NCBI GenBank assembly: GCA_965140405.1
Contig: OZ223208.1
Location: 2,784,081-2,848,080, forward strand
Length of the DNA stretch: 64,000 nt
DNA from: Planctomycetota bacterium
GTDB lineage: Bacteria; Planctomycetota; SZUA-567
Direction of reading: 5' to 3'
This document shows, one piece after another, positions 28,502 through 38,072 of this stretch; positions within the stretch are counted from its first letter, which is position 1, and the number at the start of each line of letters is the position of its first letter. Both the position numbers and the translations under genes were made by a program. The notes beneath the pieces are model-generated. The model made no database searches, was not told the origin of the DNA, and saw nothing but the letters and a program-made list of their open reading frames with translations.

Positions 28502-29740
28502 TTAACTGGTATTTTGATCACCACTACTTTGAAGAGGTAGGTATATAGTAAATATACTCCATTCACCTTGCTCGCTCTCTACAAAAACACACCCCTTGTT
28601 CTCATGTACAATCCTATTAACTGTATTTAGCCCAATACCAGCTGAGCCCCGTTGACTGTTACTTGTAGATGCTAATGAATCGAATATAGTTTCCTGTAGT
28701 TCTTTACTCATACCACAACCATTATCTTTTATTTTAATTCTTATGAATCCCTGTGAGCCCTGTATCAACTCATTATCCTTACAAAACTCCGCATCAAGAG
28801 TTACCTTATCAGTACATATAGTCAACCGAGGTTCTCTCCCTCTAACAGCCTCAACAGCATTTAGAAGAATATTTGTTAACGCTAACTCAATTCTTGCAGA
28901 ATTTATACATACAATAGAATTACTCGCATTTAAGGAAAGGCTAAACATACAAAAGACATCATTTGACTTAACTAATTTTGTCAATAAGAGGTGAATATCA
29001 ACATTCTCAAAGAAATCACCGGTATTTCTTGCAACTGCTTGCAATTTTTTTACAGTATTTGCTGCTCGGTCACAATTTTCTATAATTCTAGTAATATACT
29101 CTCTGAGCTCACTCTTATCATCGAGTTTTCTCAATACAACCTCACTCATGCAGATCACGCCACCAAGCATATTGTTAATATCATGAGCACACCCTCTCGA
29201 GGTTAGCTCTAATGCCTCAAGTCGTTGAACTTGAAGGAGGTACTCATTTACTTTGTTATGCTCGGTAAGATCCTTCATAACCAAGACAAGCCACTTTTGC
29301 TCACCCACTCTTGAAGAAATCAACTCTACACTCATATCAACAGTGATCATCTTTGAATCACTTAAAGACAGTACTGTCCGCTTATTCTTTAATGATGAAT
29401 CTGAGAGTATCTCTTGTACAGGATTAGAGCACAACATGCCATTATAATTATCATACATGGAGATGATTTCAGCAATATTTCGCCCCTCATAACTCTCACT
29501 TTTAGCACCTAACATTTTTTCAGTAGTTGGGTTTACCCTATGTATCATACCCGTCATGTCAACAACAACAACCGCGTCAGAAAGACCATCTATAATGATA
29601 TGGGCATTTCTTTCATATTCATCAACTTCAGATTTTAGTTGAGTGATATACTTTTTAAGCTTGATAATAAAAGTGCAAAGTACAACTACAATAATGAGCA
29701 GTACTAGCACATATATATTTAATGACATATTTATATTCAC
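28502..29740 (-). CDS. Membrane PAS sensor histidine kinase (canonical H-box)
   Basis: 412 aa; N-terminal TM, PAS, H-box SRGCAHDINNMLGG, N box NILLNAVEA, G1 IKDNGCGM, G2 GIGLNTV. Confidence 0.85.
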   Translation of the reverse strand: MNINMSLNIYVLVLLIIVVVLCTFIIKLKKYITQLKSEVDEYERNAHIIIDGLSDAVVVVDMTGMIHRVNPTTEKMLGAKSESYEGRNIAEIISMYDNYNGMLCSNPVQEILSDSSLKNKRTVLSLSDSKMITVDMSVELISSRVGEQKWLVLVMKDLTEHNKVNEYLLQVQRLEALELTSRGCAHDINNMLGGVICMSEVVLRKLDDKSELREYITRIIENCDRAANTVKKLQAVARNTGDFFENVDIHLLLTKLVKSNDVFCMFSLSLNASNSIVCINSARIELALTNILLNAVEAVRGREPRLTICTDKVTLDAEFCKDNELIQGSQGFIRIKIKDNGCGMSKELQETIFDSLASTSNSQRGSAGIGLNTVNRIVHENKGCVFVESEQGEWSIFTIYLPLQSSGDQNTS

Positions 29741-29884
29741 TATACCCTTCCCCCAACAACATATCGATCAAACGAGGATTTTTTTTCACAGTTGTAGTAT
29801 TCACACAAATATATTTTAACCCGAATACAAGAAAGTAGCAACAATCAAAAAAGTAATCTCAAAGTTTTTATTCATATCAGTATT

Positions 29885-29928
29885 AAAAAAACAATGCCAT
29901 GCGGCAATAGCATGGCATTGTTTATTTT
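29885..29928 (-). terminator. Terminator downstream of Ca-binding protein gene
   Basis: AACAATGCCATGC-GGCAATA-GCATGGCATTGTT flanked by A7 / T-rich runs. Confidence 0.8.
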
Positions 29929-30020
29929 GGAGTGTAAGGCACAGGGGGAACTTGTGCCCTATTATTTTGACCGTGGAGAGGAAGGATATCGGTAGTAAAC
30001 TACCGAAAGTTGACTACGTT

Positions 30021-31250
30021 CTAGTAATCAAAGATGTTATGCTGGGTATAGCGGAACTGTACATCAACCATTCTACCCCGCGTCCCATCATTACGAGTGA
30101 AAGCCCCATCCTGAGTAATCTTATTACCAGCATTATCTTCAAAGATATCATCATAACCAAGGCTGAGTTCACTTACCCCCGCAGCCTCCAATGTACGAAT
30201 CTCATCTTCTTGAGACTTCCCATCGCCATTAAGGTCATTCCAGACCTTCAAGTCTTTATATATAGCATCTTCGCTGTTTAATACACCATCATGATTTTCA
30301 TCATACCTAGACATTTCAGCAAATCCGTTAGCATCACCTTCTTGATCACCAAACATCTCCTTACCGCTAGTACAGACCCCATCACCATTACTATCAAAGA
30401 AGAGAAGCGCATCATCACCTTGCACAAAACCTGTTTGAACCTCACTACCATCACCTTTAATATCATATACCACGCCATCCTGCACTGATCGCAAATCAAT
30501 TCCATTACCATCAAGATCGAGTACGACCGGATCAACAAAATGTAAGAAAATGGAAATTTTAACATACTTTCCTTCATACTCAATCATATCTCCACCGTTC
30601 TCAACTAGCTCACAATCCTCTACAGAATCAACAGTGTATGCTTCCATCTTCTGCATCTTTACTTCCATACTTATAGATCCGAAAATATTTTCAGCACCAA
30701 ATGTATCTACTTCCATACTAATAGCTTTAAGAGCACTAGAGATATAAGAGTCTTTACTAGCAGAACTCCCAGCTATTGATGCTAATCTATCCTGTATTTC
30801 ATTATGAGCATCAAATATATCACTGACAGTACCTGCCGCTTTCTCTGGGTCTTTATCACTAATCTCCAGTAGATAATCAATCAAGGTTTTTCTAGTTGCA
30901 TTTTCTTCAGATAACCAATGCTCAAGGATTGCAAATGATGAGTTAAAATTACTAGAAGAGGAGAAATACCCTTCAATATTAGACATCAATAAACTTGTAT
31001 TTTGCTCAAAAGAGTAATTTATTATCTGGGTTTGCGAGTATGTATGCGAGAATAAACTTATTATTTCTTGGTTTTTAAGTTCAATTGACTTTGAGAGAGC
31101 TTTGAGTTTATTGGTATGCTCTTCCATAAAAGATGCAACCATATCATTAAAGAACGCACTACTGCTCTCATTGTCTTCAACTTTTTTAGGTTCGGCTGTA
31201 GTGGTGTTATTAGAGGAAGCTAGTGCTAGAGTTTCGTCGCTTACGTACAT
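30021..31250 (-). CDS. Hypothetical protein with C-terminal Ca-binding DxDGDG-type repeats like the N-terminal module of RTX adhesins
   Basis: LDLDGNGIDL, DIKGDGSEVQTGF, FDSNGDGVCTSGKEMFG, YDENHDGVLNSEDAIYKDLKVWNDLNGDGKSQEDEIRTLEAAGVSELSL. ORF open to 31364 (TTG/ATG, no RBS); ATG 31250 has GAAAGG RBS. No signal peptide seen. Confidence 0.6.
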   Translation of the reverse strand: MYVSDETLALASSNNTTTAEPKKVEDNESSSAFFNDMVASFMEEHTNKLKALSKSIELKNQEIISLFSHTYSQTQIINYSFEQNTSLLMSNIEGYFSSSSNFNSSFAILEHWLSEENATRKTLIDYLLEISDKDPEKAAGTVSDIFDAHNEIQDRLASIAGSSASKDSYISSALKAISMEVDTFGAENIFGSISMEVKMQKMEAYTVDSVEDCELVENGGDMIEYEGKYVKISIFLHFVDPVVLDLDGNGIDLRSVQDGVVYDIKGDGSEVQTGFVQGDDALLFFDSNGDGVCTSGKEMFGDQEGDANGFAEMSRYDENHDGVLNSEDAIYKDLKVWNDLNGDGKSQEDEIRTLEAAGVSELSLGYDDIFEDNAGNKITQDGAFTRNDGTRGRMVDVQFRYTQHNIFDY

Positions 31251-31572
31251 GAGAAGACCTTTCTTTGAGTATTTTATCGCCTGAAATTGGGATAAAATCC
31301 AAAAAACTCGTCCATGATTAACCAGTAAGCGTCCTTGCTTGATACCTTTATTAGCGGACATCAACTCAAGAACTTTAATTCTTTTTACTTGATAGTATAA
31401 TAAATAATAGTCTTATGACAAGGCAAGAATAAACTTAGTAAGGATGGCACTCCATGCAACACACAATATAATTTATTATAAAGCACTTGTTTAATCACAT
31501 GAAACACATAATCACGATACTTTTCACATTTAATGCTTTAAAGAGAAGCGTCTTTTGGCCTTTGAGAAAACC

Positions 31573-31610
31573 CAATAAAAAATAGGCACCTCAATAAAAG
31601 AGATGCCTAT
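31573..31610 (-). terminator. Terminator downstream of plsC
   Basis: ATAGGCACCTC/GAGATGCCTAT stem (one mismatch), T-run on minus strand. Confidence 0.6.
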
Positions 31611-31620
31611 ATCAACAAAA

Positions 31621-32337
31621 CTAATGTACTTCTTTTTTAAAACTCATCCCTGTTGTATTTTCAGTAAATCGTCTCTTCTGATCCTCAGGATACTCACTCC
31701 AAGCGTGCTCTTCAAGTTTTAGAAGACGAGCCTTTAATTCATCCGCTATCCTGTCCTGCTCGGCCCTCTTCTCTGATCTTTCAAGGTTATCCTTTGGATA
31801 TATCGCATCACCGATATAGATCCTAAGGGGATAATTCCTAAGAAGCTTTATCCCTGGACTTCTAGGCCAACAGAAGAATGCACCCATTATATATATAGGC
31901 TGTACAGGTGAATGTGACCTCACAGCAAGCATCCCTACACCTGCCTGAATATCTGTTATCTTACCAGTATCACTCCTCGTACCCTCAGGAAATATTACTA
32001 CAGCTCTACCTTCAGATAGCTTCTTGCAGAAGGCCTTTAATGCACCTTTACTGCTTCCTCCATCCTCCACCCTCATAACAGGGAATGCAAAAACACTTCT
32101 AATAAACCAACTAAAGTACTTGTTAACAAATAGAGTTGACCTAGCCATAAAAGCCAGTGGTCTCTTCTTATAAGTACATCCCAAAAGTAGCGGATCAAGA
32201 TAACTACTATGATTCGAAGCGACAATTACCGGACCATTATTCACCAGCTTTTCTTCACCTATAAACTGTACTCCTCCACCCCAGCGGAAGATCCTCATCA
32301 ACCATACTTTAAATGCAGTATATAGTCCTACTCCCAT
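31621..32337 (-). CDS. plsC: 1-acyl-sn-glycerol-3-phosphate acyltransferase
   Basis: 238 aa; HX4D block NHSSYLDP and FPEGTRS. Confidence 0.85.
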   Translation of the reverse strand: MGVGLYTAFKVWLMRIFRWGGGVQFIGEEKLVNNGPVIVASNHSSYLDPLLLGCTYKKRPLAFMARSTLFVNKYFSWFIRSVFAFPVMRVEDGGSSKGALKAFCKKLSEGRAVVIFPEGTRSDTGKITDIQAGVGMLAVRSHSPVQPIYIMGAFFCWPRSPGIKLLRNYPLRIYIGDAIYPKDNLERSEKRAEQDRIADELKARLLKLEEHAWSEYPEDQKRRFTENTTGMSFKKEVH

Positions 32338-32504
32338 AATACCTCCCAGTATTCATTTTAAATTTATTATCAGATAGACAGGCCTAACCATCTCTACCTC
32401 TAAATAAGCTCATGTTTACAAATAAATTGCCAGCACAATAAGAATTATGCTGGCAATAAATGATATATATATGCTAGTAAAAGTCAAGTGAACTTGATTT
32501 AGCT

Positions 32505-33566
32505 TTATGCCCTCTCACCATGCTGTGACTCAAGAGCAGGCCCAAAATGATCAAGCTCTTCAAGGAATATCCCAGTACCTTTAACTACTGCGCGAAGTGG
32601 GTCATCAGGTATGTGAACAGGTATACCTCTTGTCTCTTTGGTAATAAGCTGGTCAAGTCCTCTCAGAAGCGCTCCTCCGCCAGCAAGGAATATACCACGG
32701 GTATAGATATCACCAGCAAGATCTGGCGGAGCTCCTTCAAGGGTATTCAATACTGAATTAACAATAGCATCAACAGGTTCTTTTATTGCTTCTCTAATCT
32801 CTTCACTGCGTATCGTTAAAGACCTTGGAAGTCCTTTTACTTGGTCACGCCCCATTACCTCTGTTGTAAGCTCTGTCTCAAGCTTATAAGCGCTTCCAAT
32901 CTCTATCTTGATCCTCTCTGCAGTAGATTCACCTACTACAAGATTATGCTGCCTCTTCATATAGGTTATAATAGCCTCATCGAGCTTATCGCCAGCGACT
33001 CTCAGACTCTCGCAATTCACCATACCCATCATAGAAATAATCGCGACCTCTGTTGTACCACCACCGATATCGACAATCATATTACCTACCGGTTCATCAA
33101 TAGGCATTCCAATTCCAATAGCTGCCGCCACAGGTTCTTCTATTAGATATACTTTCCGTGCTCCAGCTCTTTCAGCAGAAATAGTCACAGCCTTCTTCTC
33201 AACCTCGGTAATTCCACTAGGAACCGATACCACAACCCTAGGTCTAACCCACTTATGCTGGTTATGTACACTACAAATGAAGTATCTGAGCATTGCCTCT
33301 GTAATCTCAAAATCAGCGATAACACCATCTTTTAAAGGTCTAACAGCAACAATATTTCCTGGAGTACGTCCGACCATCATCTTAGCTCTAGTACCTACCG
33401 CTTGTCCATCATTGAGTACATTATTTGTACCCTTCCAAACAGCAACAACAGATGGCTCACATAGCACAACGCCCTCACCCTTAACATACACAAGGGTGTT
33501 ACAAGTACCGAGATCAATGCCCATGTCATGGCTAAATAATCCAAATATTCGATCAAAGAGTATCAT
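32505..33566 (-). CDS. mreB: Rod-shape actin homologue MreB
   Basis: 353 aa; [35 protein letters not shown]. Confidence 0.95.
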   Translation of the reverse strand: MILFDRIFGLFSHDMGIDLGTCNTLVYVKGEGVVLCEPSVVAVWKGTNNVLNDGQAVGTRAKMMVGRTPGNIVAVRPLKDGVIADFEITEAMLRYFICSVHNQHKWVRPRVVVSVPSGITEVEKKAVTISAERAGARKVYLIEEPVAAAIGIGMPIDEPVGNMIVDIGGGTTEVAIISMMGMVNCESLRVAGDKLDEAIITYMKRQHNLVVGESTAERIKIEIGSAYKLETELTTEVMGRDQVKGLPRSLTIRSEEIREAIKEPVDAIVNSVLNTLEGAPPDLAGDIYTRGIFLAGGGALLRGLDQLITKETRGIPVHIPDDPLRAVVKGTGIFLEELDHFGPALESQHGERA

Positions 33567-33641
33567 TAGTTACAATCACTTTTTATAATCAACGTAGCTA
33601 TTTATCCACTTACCGTCTAACCACCAATAAAATGACAGCTA

Positions 33642-34457
33642 CTAGAATGCTGAAACATCTACCATCTCAGCCACATCACCAGCTCTAATTCCCACAAGCA
33701 CTGGACTTATAACTTCACAAGTACTTGTCACACTATGCACCTGAGCAATTCTGATATCAGTCACATGCTTACCATTTCTCCAGATAGCAAATCTGTTCCC
33801 CTCTTCAACCTCAGCATTACTCCTTCCAAGATTTATAAAGACCTTCTTACTGCTTGGATTATATGTCAAGACTTTTGCAACCACTTCACTAGATTTATCA
33901 CGAAGGTCTGAGCTCTTCTTTACTATCTCTTTGATATCAATATCACTCTTACTCATCCCCTTGGTCAATTCAGGGAGAATGATCTCCTCACCTAATGAAT
34001 CATCCACATCAACCTCAGGTATGTCCAAAGCAGAATCGCTTTTGACTTTCGATGCTTTTGGGGAGACACTTGTCAACTCTTGCTCATTCTCTCCGGTTAC
34101 CTCAGCCAGATCCATAGTTTGATTTCTCTTAATAGCTGCATAAAGTAGTCTTCTCATATTCACTACTTTCTGCTCAATTTCATCATTCTGTGCACGGAGT
34201 CTATTAACCTCAACATTCGACCATTCAAGGGTTGTTGCAGATTTTTTTATCTCCGCAGACGCTAATTCTAGTCGAAATGACAACTCTCTATCTCTACTCT
34301 GTAACTCATTATTCTTACTGACTTCTGTATCATACATATCCATAATTCTGACTGAGTATGCGCCAAAGAATATTGCTGCAGACAGTGCGATCCAAGTAAA
34401 AAACACACCTGCCCCAGGCTTACTTATAATGGAGTAAGGTTTTTCCTCTTTCATCAA
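33642..34457 (-). CDS. Membrane-anchored coiled-coil protein with C-terminal beta-rich domain (unknown; immediately upstream of mreB)
   Basis: 271 aa; TM GAGVFFTWIALSAAIFFGAYSV, heptad-like region, acidic linker, C-terminal VFINLGRSNAEVEEGNRFAIWRNGKHVTDIRIAQV. Confidence 0.6.
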   Translation of the reverse strand: MMKEEKPYSIISKPGAGVFFTWIALSAAIFFGAYSVRIMDMYDTEVSKNNELQSRDRELSFRLELASAEIKKSATTLEWSNVEVNRLRAQNDEIEQKVVNMRRLLYAAIKRNQTMDLAEVTGENEQELTSVSPKASKVKSDSALDIPEVDVDDSLGEEIILPELTKGMSKSDIDIKEIVKKSSDLRDKSSEVVAKVLTYNPSSKKVFINLGRSNAEVEEGNRFAIWRNGKHVTDIRIAQVHSVTSTCEVISPVLVGIRAGDVAEMVDVSAF

Positions 34458-34661
34458 TATAAGTCCTTATTTTTGATAATATAATAGAATAACATAAAAC
34501 TAGTCACCCTATTATCGTCTTTTAGACAAGAATTTGTGCAGTCAAAATACCTTTTTTGATACGAACCAAGTAACCTTGCGACTTCTACTATTTATTATTC
34601 GAGCAGCCTATTCATTACAAATAGACTGCCCCACGTAAAAATATACTGAGTTGACTAGAGA

Positions 34662-36263
34662 CTAGCCCTCAACCTTGATTACTTCAAGCGCTTTATCGAT
34701 ACGCTTTAAAACTTCATCTCTTCCTATCAAATTTAGAGTCTCACCTATACCTGGGCTGACAGTAGCTCCTGTACAAGCGATGCGTAGAGGTTGCGCAACC
34801 ATACCCATCATCAGCTCACGACTCTCGGCAAATTCATTCAAGCTCTTCTCTATAGAATCATCATCCCAATCAGCAATACCGCTCAAAAATTCTCCAAGCT
34901 CTTTGAGTGTTGCAAGCCCCTGACCATCATTTTTAAGAAGATTCTTCTTCACCGCTTTAGGGTTATACTCAAAATCACTACTGAAGAAGTAGGTAGTATT
35001 ATCAATAAAGTCTGCCACTTGAGAAACTCTTTCACGCTGAGTTCCAGCAAGTTTTTCAAACCAAGCATCCCCTCTTGAGAGGAGATCAAGACCAACACGC
35101 TCAGCTTCATGCTTGAGAAGAGCGACAAAGTCAGGAAGCTCCATCTGCTGGAGATACTGTTGATTCATCCAAGCAAGCTTCTTGAGATCGAACTGAGCAG
35201 CAGAAGCATTCACTTTTTCAAGTTTGAATAATTCAGCCATCTCTTCTTTACTCATGATCTCTCTATCATCCCCAGGAGACCATCCACAAAGAGCGAGGAA
35301 GTTGAAGAGAGCTTGTGGCAAGAAGCCTTTCTCTTTGAAGTCACCTACATACGCATCACCATCACGTTTTGAATAAGGCTTACCTTTAGCATTTACAATC
35401 ATAGGGAAGTGTCCATACTTTGGCGGAGTAAACCCTAAAGCTTTATATATGAATAGGTGTCTATATGTATTCTCAACATGATCATTACCACGCAGAATGT
35501 GTGTTATCTCCTGAGTCGCATCATCAATAACATTTGCAATATGGAATACTGGACTTCCATCACTTCTGACAATGACTAAGTTACGTAGAGAGTCTACTGG
35601 TTTCTCACACCTTCCAAGAACCTGATCATCGAAGAAGACATAACGCCTTTTAAAGCGGACAGAGGCCACAGTACCACCTGCTACGCTAGCAAGAGCGACC
35701 TGCTCACTTCCGAGTTTTTTACGTACCTCTTCTCCAGCGACCTCGCTACCATCTTCAAGTATAAGAACAGATTCACTTAGAGTATCCCAGTTTACTGGGG
35801 TTTTGTAGGTATCTCCGCTATTAGGAGAGGTAACAGTATGCAATATAGTCTCATTATCAGCTACTATTTCCCCGCCTTTCCACTTAATTTCAGCATTATC
35901 ACGAGGTTCCGTAATGAATGAAGGATCAAAAAGTTCCTTACAAATTCTCAAGTAAACCGGTTCATTTTCACCACTCTTAGAAGCTATACCACTTTCAAGC
36001 ATCTTTGCTGCGGCTACCTTATGAGTATCAGCAGCAGAGGTCTGATAGAAAGGCTCCCCATCATAATCAATACCAAGCCATTTTAGCGCATCAAACATCT
36101 TCTCAATAGCTTCAGGAGTAGATCTCTCAAGGTCGGTATCCTCAACCCTTATAACAAACTCACCACCAACACTTTTTGCATATAACCAGTTGAAGATGGC
36201 AACGCGAATATTACCTATATGAACATTACCAGTAGGGCTTGGCGCAAATCTTGTACGAATCAA
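34662..36263 (-). CDS. gltX: Glutamyl-tRNA synthetase (long form)
   Basis: 533 aa; RFAPSPTGNVHIGNIR (HIGH), KPYSKRDG (KMSKS-like), GluRS catalytic and anticodon-binding layout. Confidence 0.92.
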   Translation of the reverse strand: MIRTRFAPSPTGNVHIGNIRVAIFNWLYAKSVGGEFVIRVEDTDLERSTPEAIEKMFDALKWLGIDYDGEPFYQTSAADTHKVAAAKMLESGIASKSGENEPVYLRICKELFDPSFITEPRDNAEIKWKGGEIVADNETILHTVTSPNSGDTYKTPVNWDTLSESVLILEDGSEVAGEEVRKKLGSEQVALASVAGGTVASVRFKRRYVFFDDQVLGRCEKPVDSLRNLVIVRSDGSPVFHIANVIDDATQEITHILRGNDHVENTYRHLFIYKALGFTPPKYGHFPMIVNAKGKPYSKRDGDAYVGDFKEKGFLPQALFNFLALCGWSPGDDREIMSKEEMAELFKLEKVNASAAQFDLKKLAWMNQQYLQQMELPDFVALLKHEAERVGLDLLSRGDAWFEKLAGTQRERVSQVADFIDNTTYFFSSDFEYNPKAVKKNLLKNDGQGLATLKELGEFLSGIADWDDDSIEKSLNEFAESRELMMGMVAQPLRIACTGATVSPGIGETLNLIGRDEVLKRIDKALEVIKVEG

Positions 36264-36298
36264 ATTATTTCTCCACTAATCAAATATTTATCTACATG

Positions 36299-36946
36299 TT
36301 AAAAAACACTATTAACAAATTTCTCCGCTTGAGTAAACATATCCTCAGCAACCTTACGCGAAATCCCCGCTCCTTTTAAAACCTTGAAAGCATACTCTAG
36401 AGTAGCCATCTGTGTATGCGAGTGCGAGTCAGAACCAAATATCATCTGCGCACCATACTCCTGAGCAAGCTTGGCCACATACCCATTACATAGAGAGTGC
36501 CCACCTTTCGCAGTAATCTCAAGACGCACCCCATTCTTAGCAGCAAGTATTACATCCTCTTCACTTATTAGTCCGGGGTGTGCAAGAATATCCGCTTTTG
36601 CCTCTATAGCTGCCCGGTTAGTGCCCTCTTTTACATCTTCAGCAATAGTCTCACCATGGACAATAACCACCTGCGCTCCTAAAGACCTCGCGAGCTCAAC
36701 CCCTTCCTTTATATGCTCTGGACGTACATGGGTCAATTCTACTCCAGCTAATACTTTCATGTTCCCAAGTTCATTCTCTTTTTTAGCAGCCTCGATAAGA
36801 ACAGGAAGAGTAACGGGAATTGTTGCAAGCCCAACATGGTCAGCAAATCCTAAAGCTTTATAACCAGCAACCTCTGCCCACCTGATATGCTCAGCCGGAC
36901 ACAATTCTCCATCCGACAAGAATGTATGCGTATGCAGATCAATCAT
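36299..36946 (-). CDS. PHP-domain phosphoesterase (histidinol-phosphatase family)
   Basis: 215 aa; IDLHTHTFLSDG start motif, later HG..., GSDSH metal ligands. Confidence 0.75.
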   Translation of the reverse strand: MIDLHTHTFLSDGELCPAEHIRWAEVAGYKALGFADHVGLATIPVTLPVLIEAAKKENELGNMKVLAGVELTHVRPEHIKEGVELARSLGAQVVIVHGETIAEDVKEGTNRAAIEAKADILAHPGLISEEDVILAAKNGVRLEITAKGGHSLCNGYVAKLAQEYGAQMIFGSDSHSHTQMATLEYAFKVLKGAGISRKVAEDMFTQAEKFVNSVF

Positions 36947-38072
36947 ATTATACTCCTAAATCATCAATATAACAATATATACTATAATAGAATACCTGAT
37001 AGTATCAGACTTTCCTGTCATTTGCAAGAAATAAAGCGCTAGTAACTCCTATAGAGATATATAAAGAGAATACTTATTGCGAGTACCTTAATCAGTTAGA
37101 TACAAACAAACCACTAATGCATCAAGTAATTTAAACAACAACGAATTTCTATTGATACATTATAATAGCACTTCAAAACCATAAACAACATAATAACTAG
37201 GCAAATTTCAAACAAAAGCACTCAAAACAATTATTTTTATGCATAATTAAATGGACTTAAATAAGACCATAACCGTAACAGTCTAAAATCAAAATCCTGC
37301 ATAAATATCTTAATTTTATTACAATTACTGATAAATAATGGCAATTTAGAACTTTTACCAGAAACATCTCAGCAATCAAAGGTCGTTTTTATCCATATTA
37401 ATTCAATATTTATCTATAGCTTTATAAAAAATCATGGTATATACTGTAATTGATGACTTTATTAAAATACAACCATGTTTACCGCAAAAACTCCGAGTTA
37501 TATTAATTAAATATTCACATATTTTTCAGTAAACATCTATTTAATATACGTCATCAATGTCAACAAAAACACAACTAACAATTGACAAAGTTATTACTTT
37601 ACAATCATTATTTGCAAAAAAAAAATGACATTTTTATGAAATTTATATTGCTTAACTAATATTTGTGATGTAGATTGAAGGTATGTTTCAAGATTAAATC
37701 TGAGTTTTGCGCATTATTAGTATTTATTGATCAAACGTATTTAAAATTTAGACCTTGCTATTACATTACTACATGAAGAGATAGTCAAGGTTTGACACTG
37801 TTTGTTCAATTCTACAATAATATACAAGCAACAGCTTTTGTATTCGCAAAAAAATACTAGTCTTTCGCAAAATGCGTATTGCGTAACTCTGATTACTGGT
37901 GTAGATTACATGTGGCTGAGTATCGTTACGCTTACACCACTCATTTTTTTCGACACAAATAGTTATATTTTCTTCAAGTTTTTTTTAACTTGAAAAAAAA
38001 ATTACTTGTGATTATGATACAAAGTTACTTCGCACGTTTTTAGTTTATAATAAATAGAAATAAGAAAACACT

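Noticed and set aside
29952-30281. 109-aa + strand ORF near the 3' end of the Ca-binding protein gene
   Set aside because: It lies antisense to the conserved DxDGDG repeat region, has no RBS and begins within the terminator region.
37802-37993. 63-aa ORF in the long leader upstream of the sugar ABC operon
   Set aside because: It uses a TTG start, has no RBS and has implausible composition (FNSTIIYKQQLLYSQ...). It overlaps hairpin and T-run elements and is more likely non-coding.
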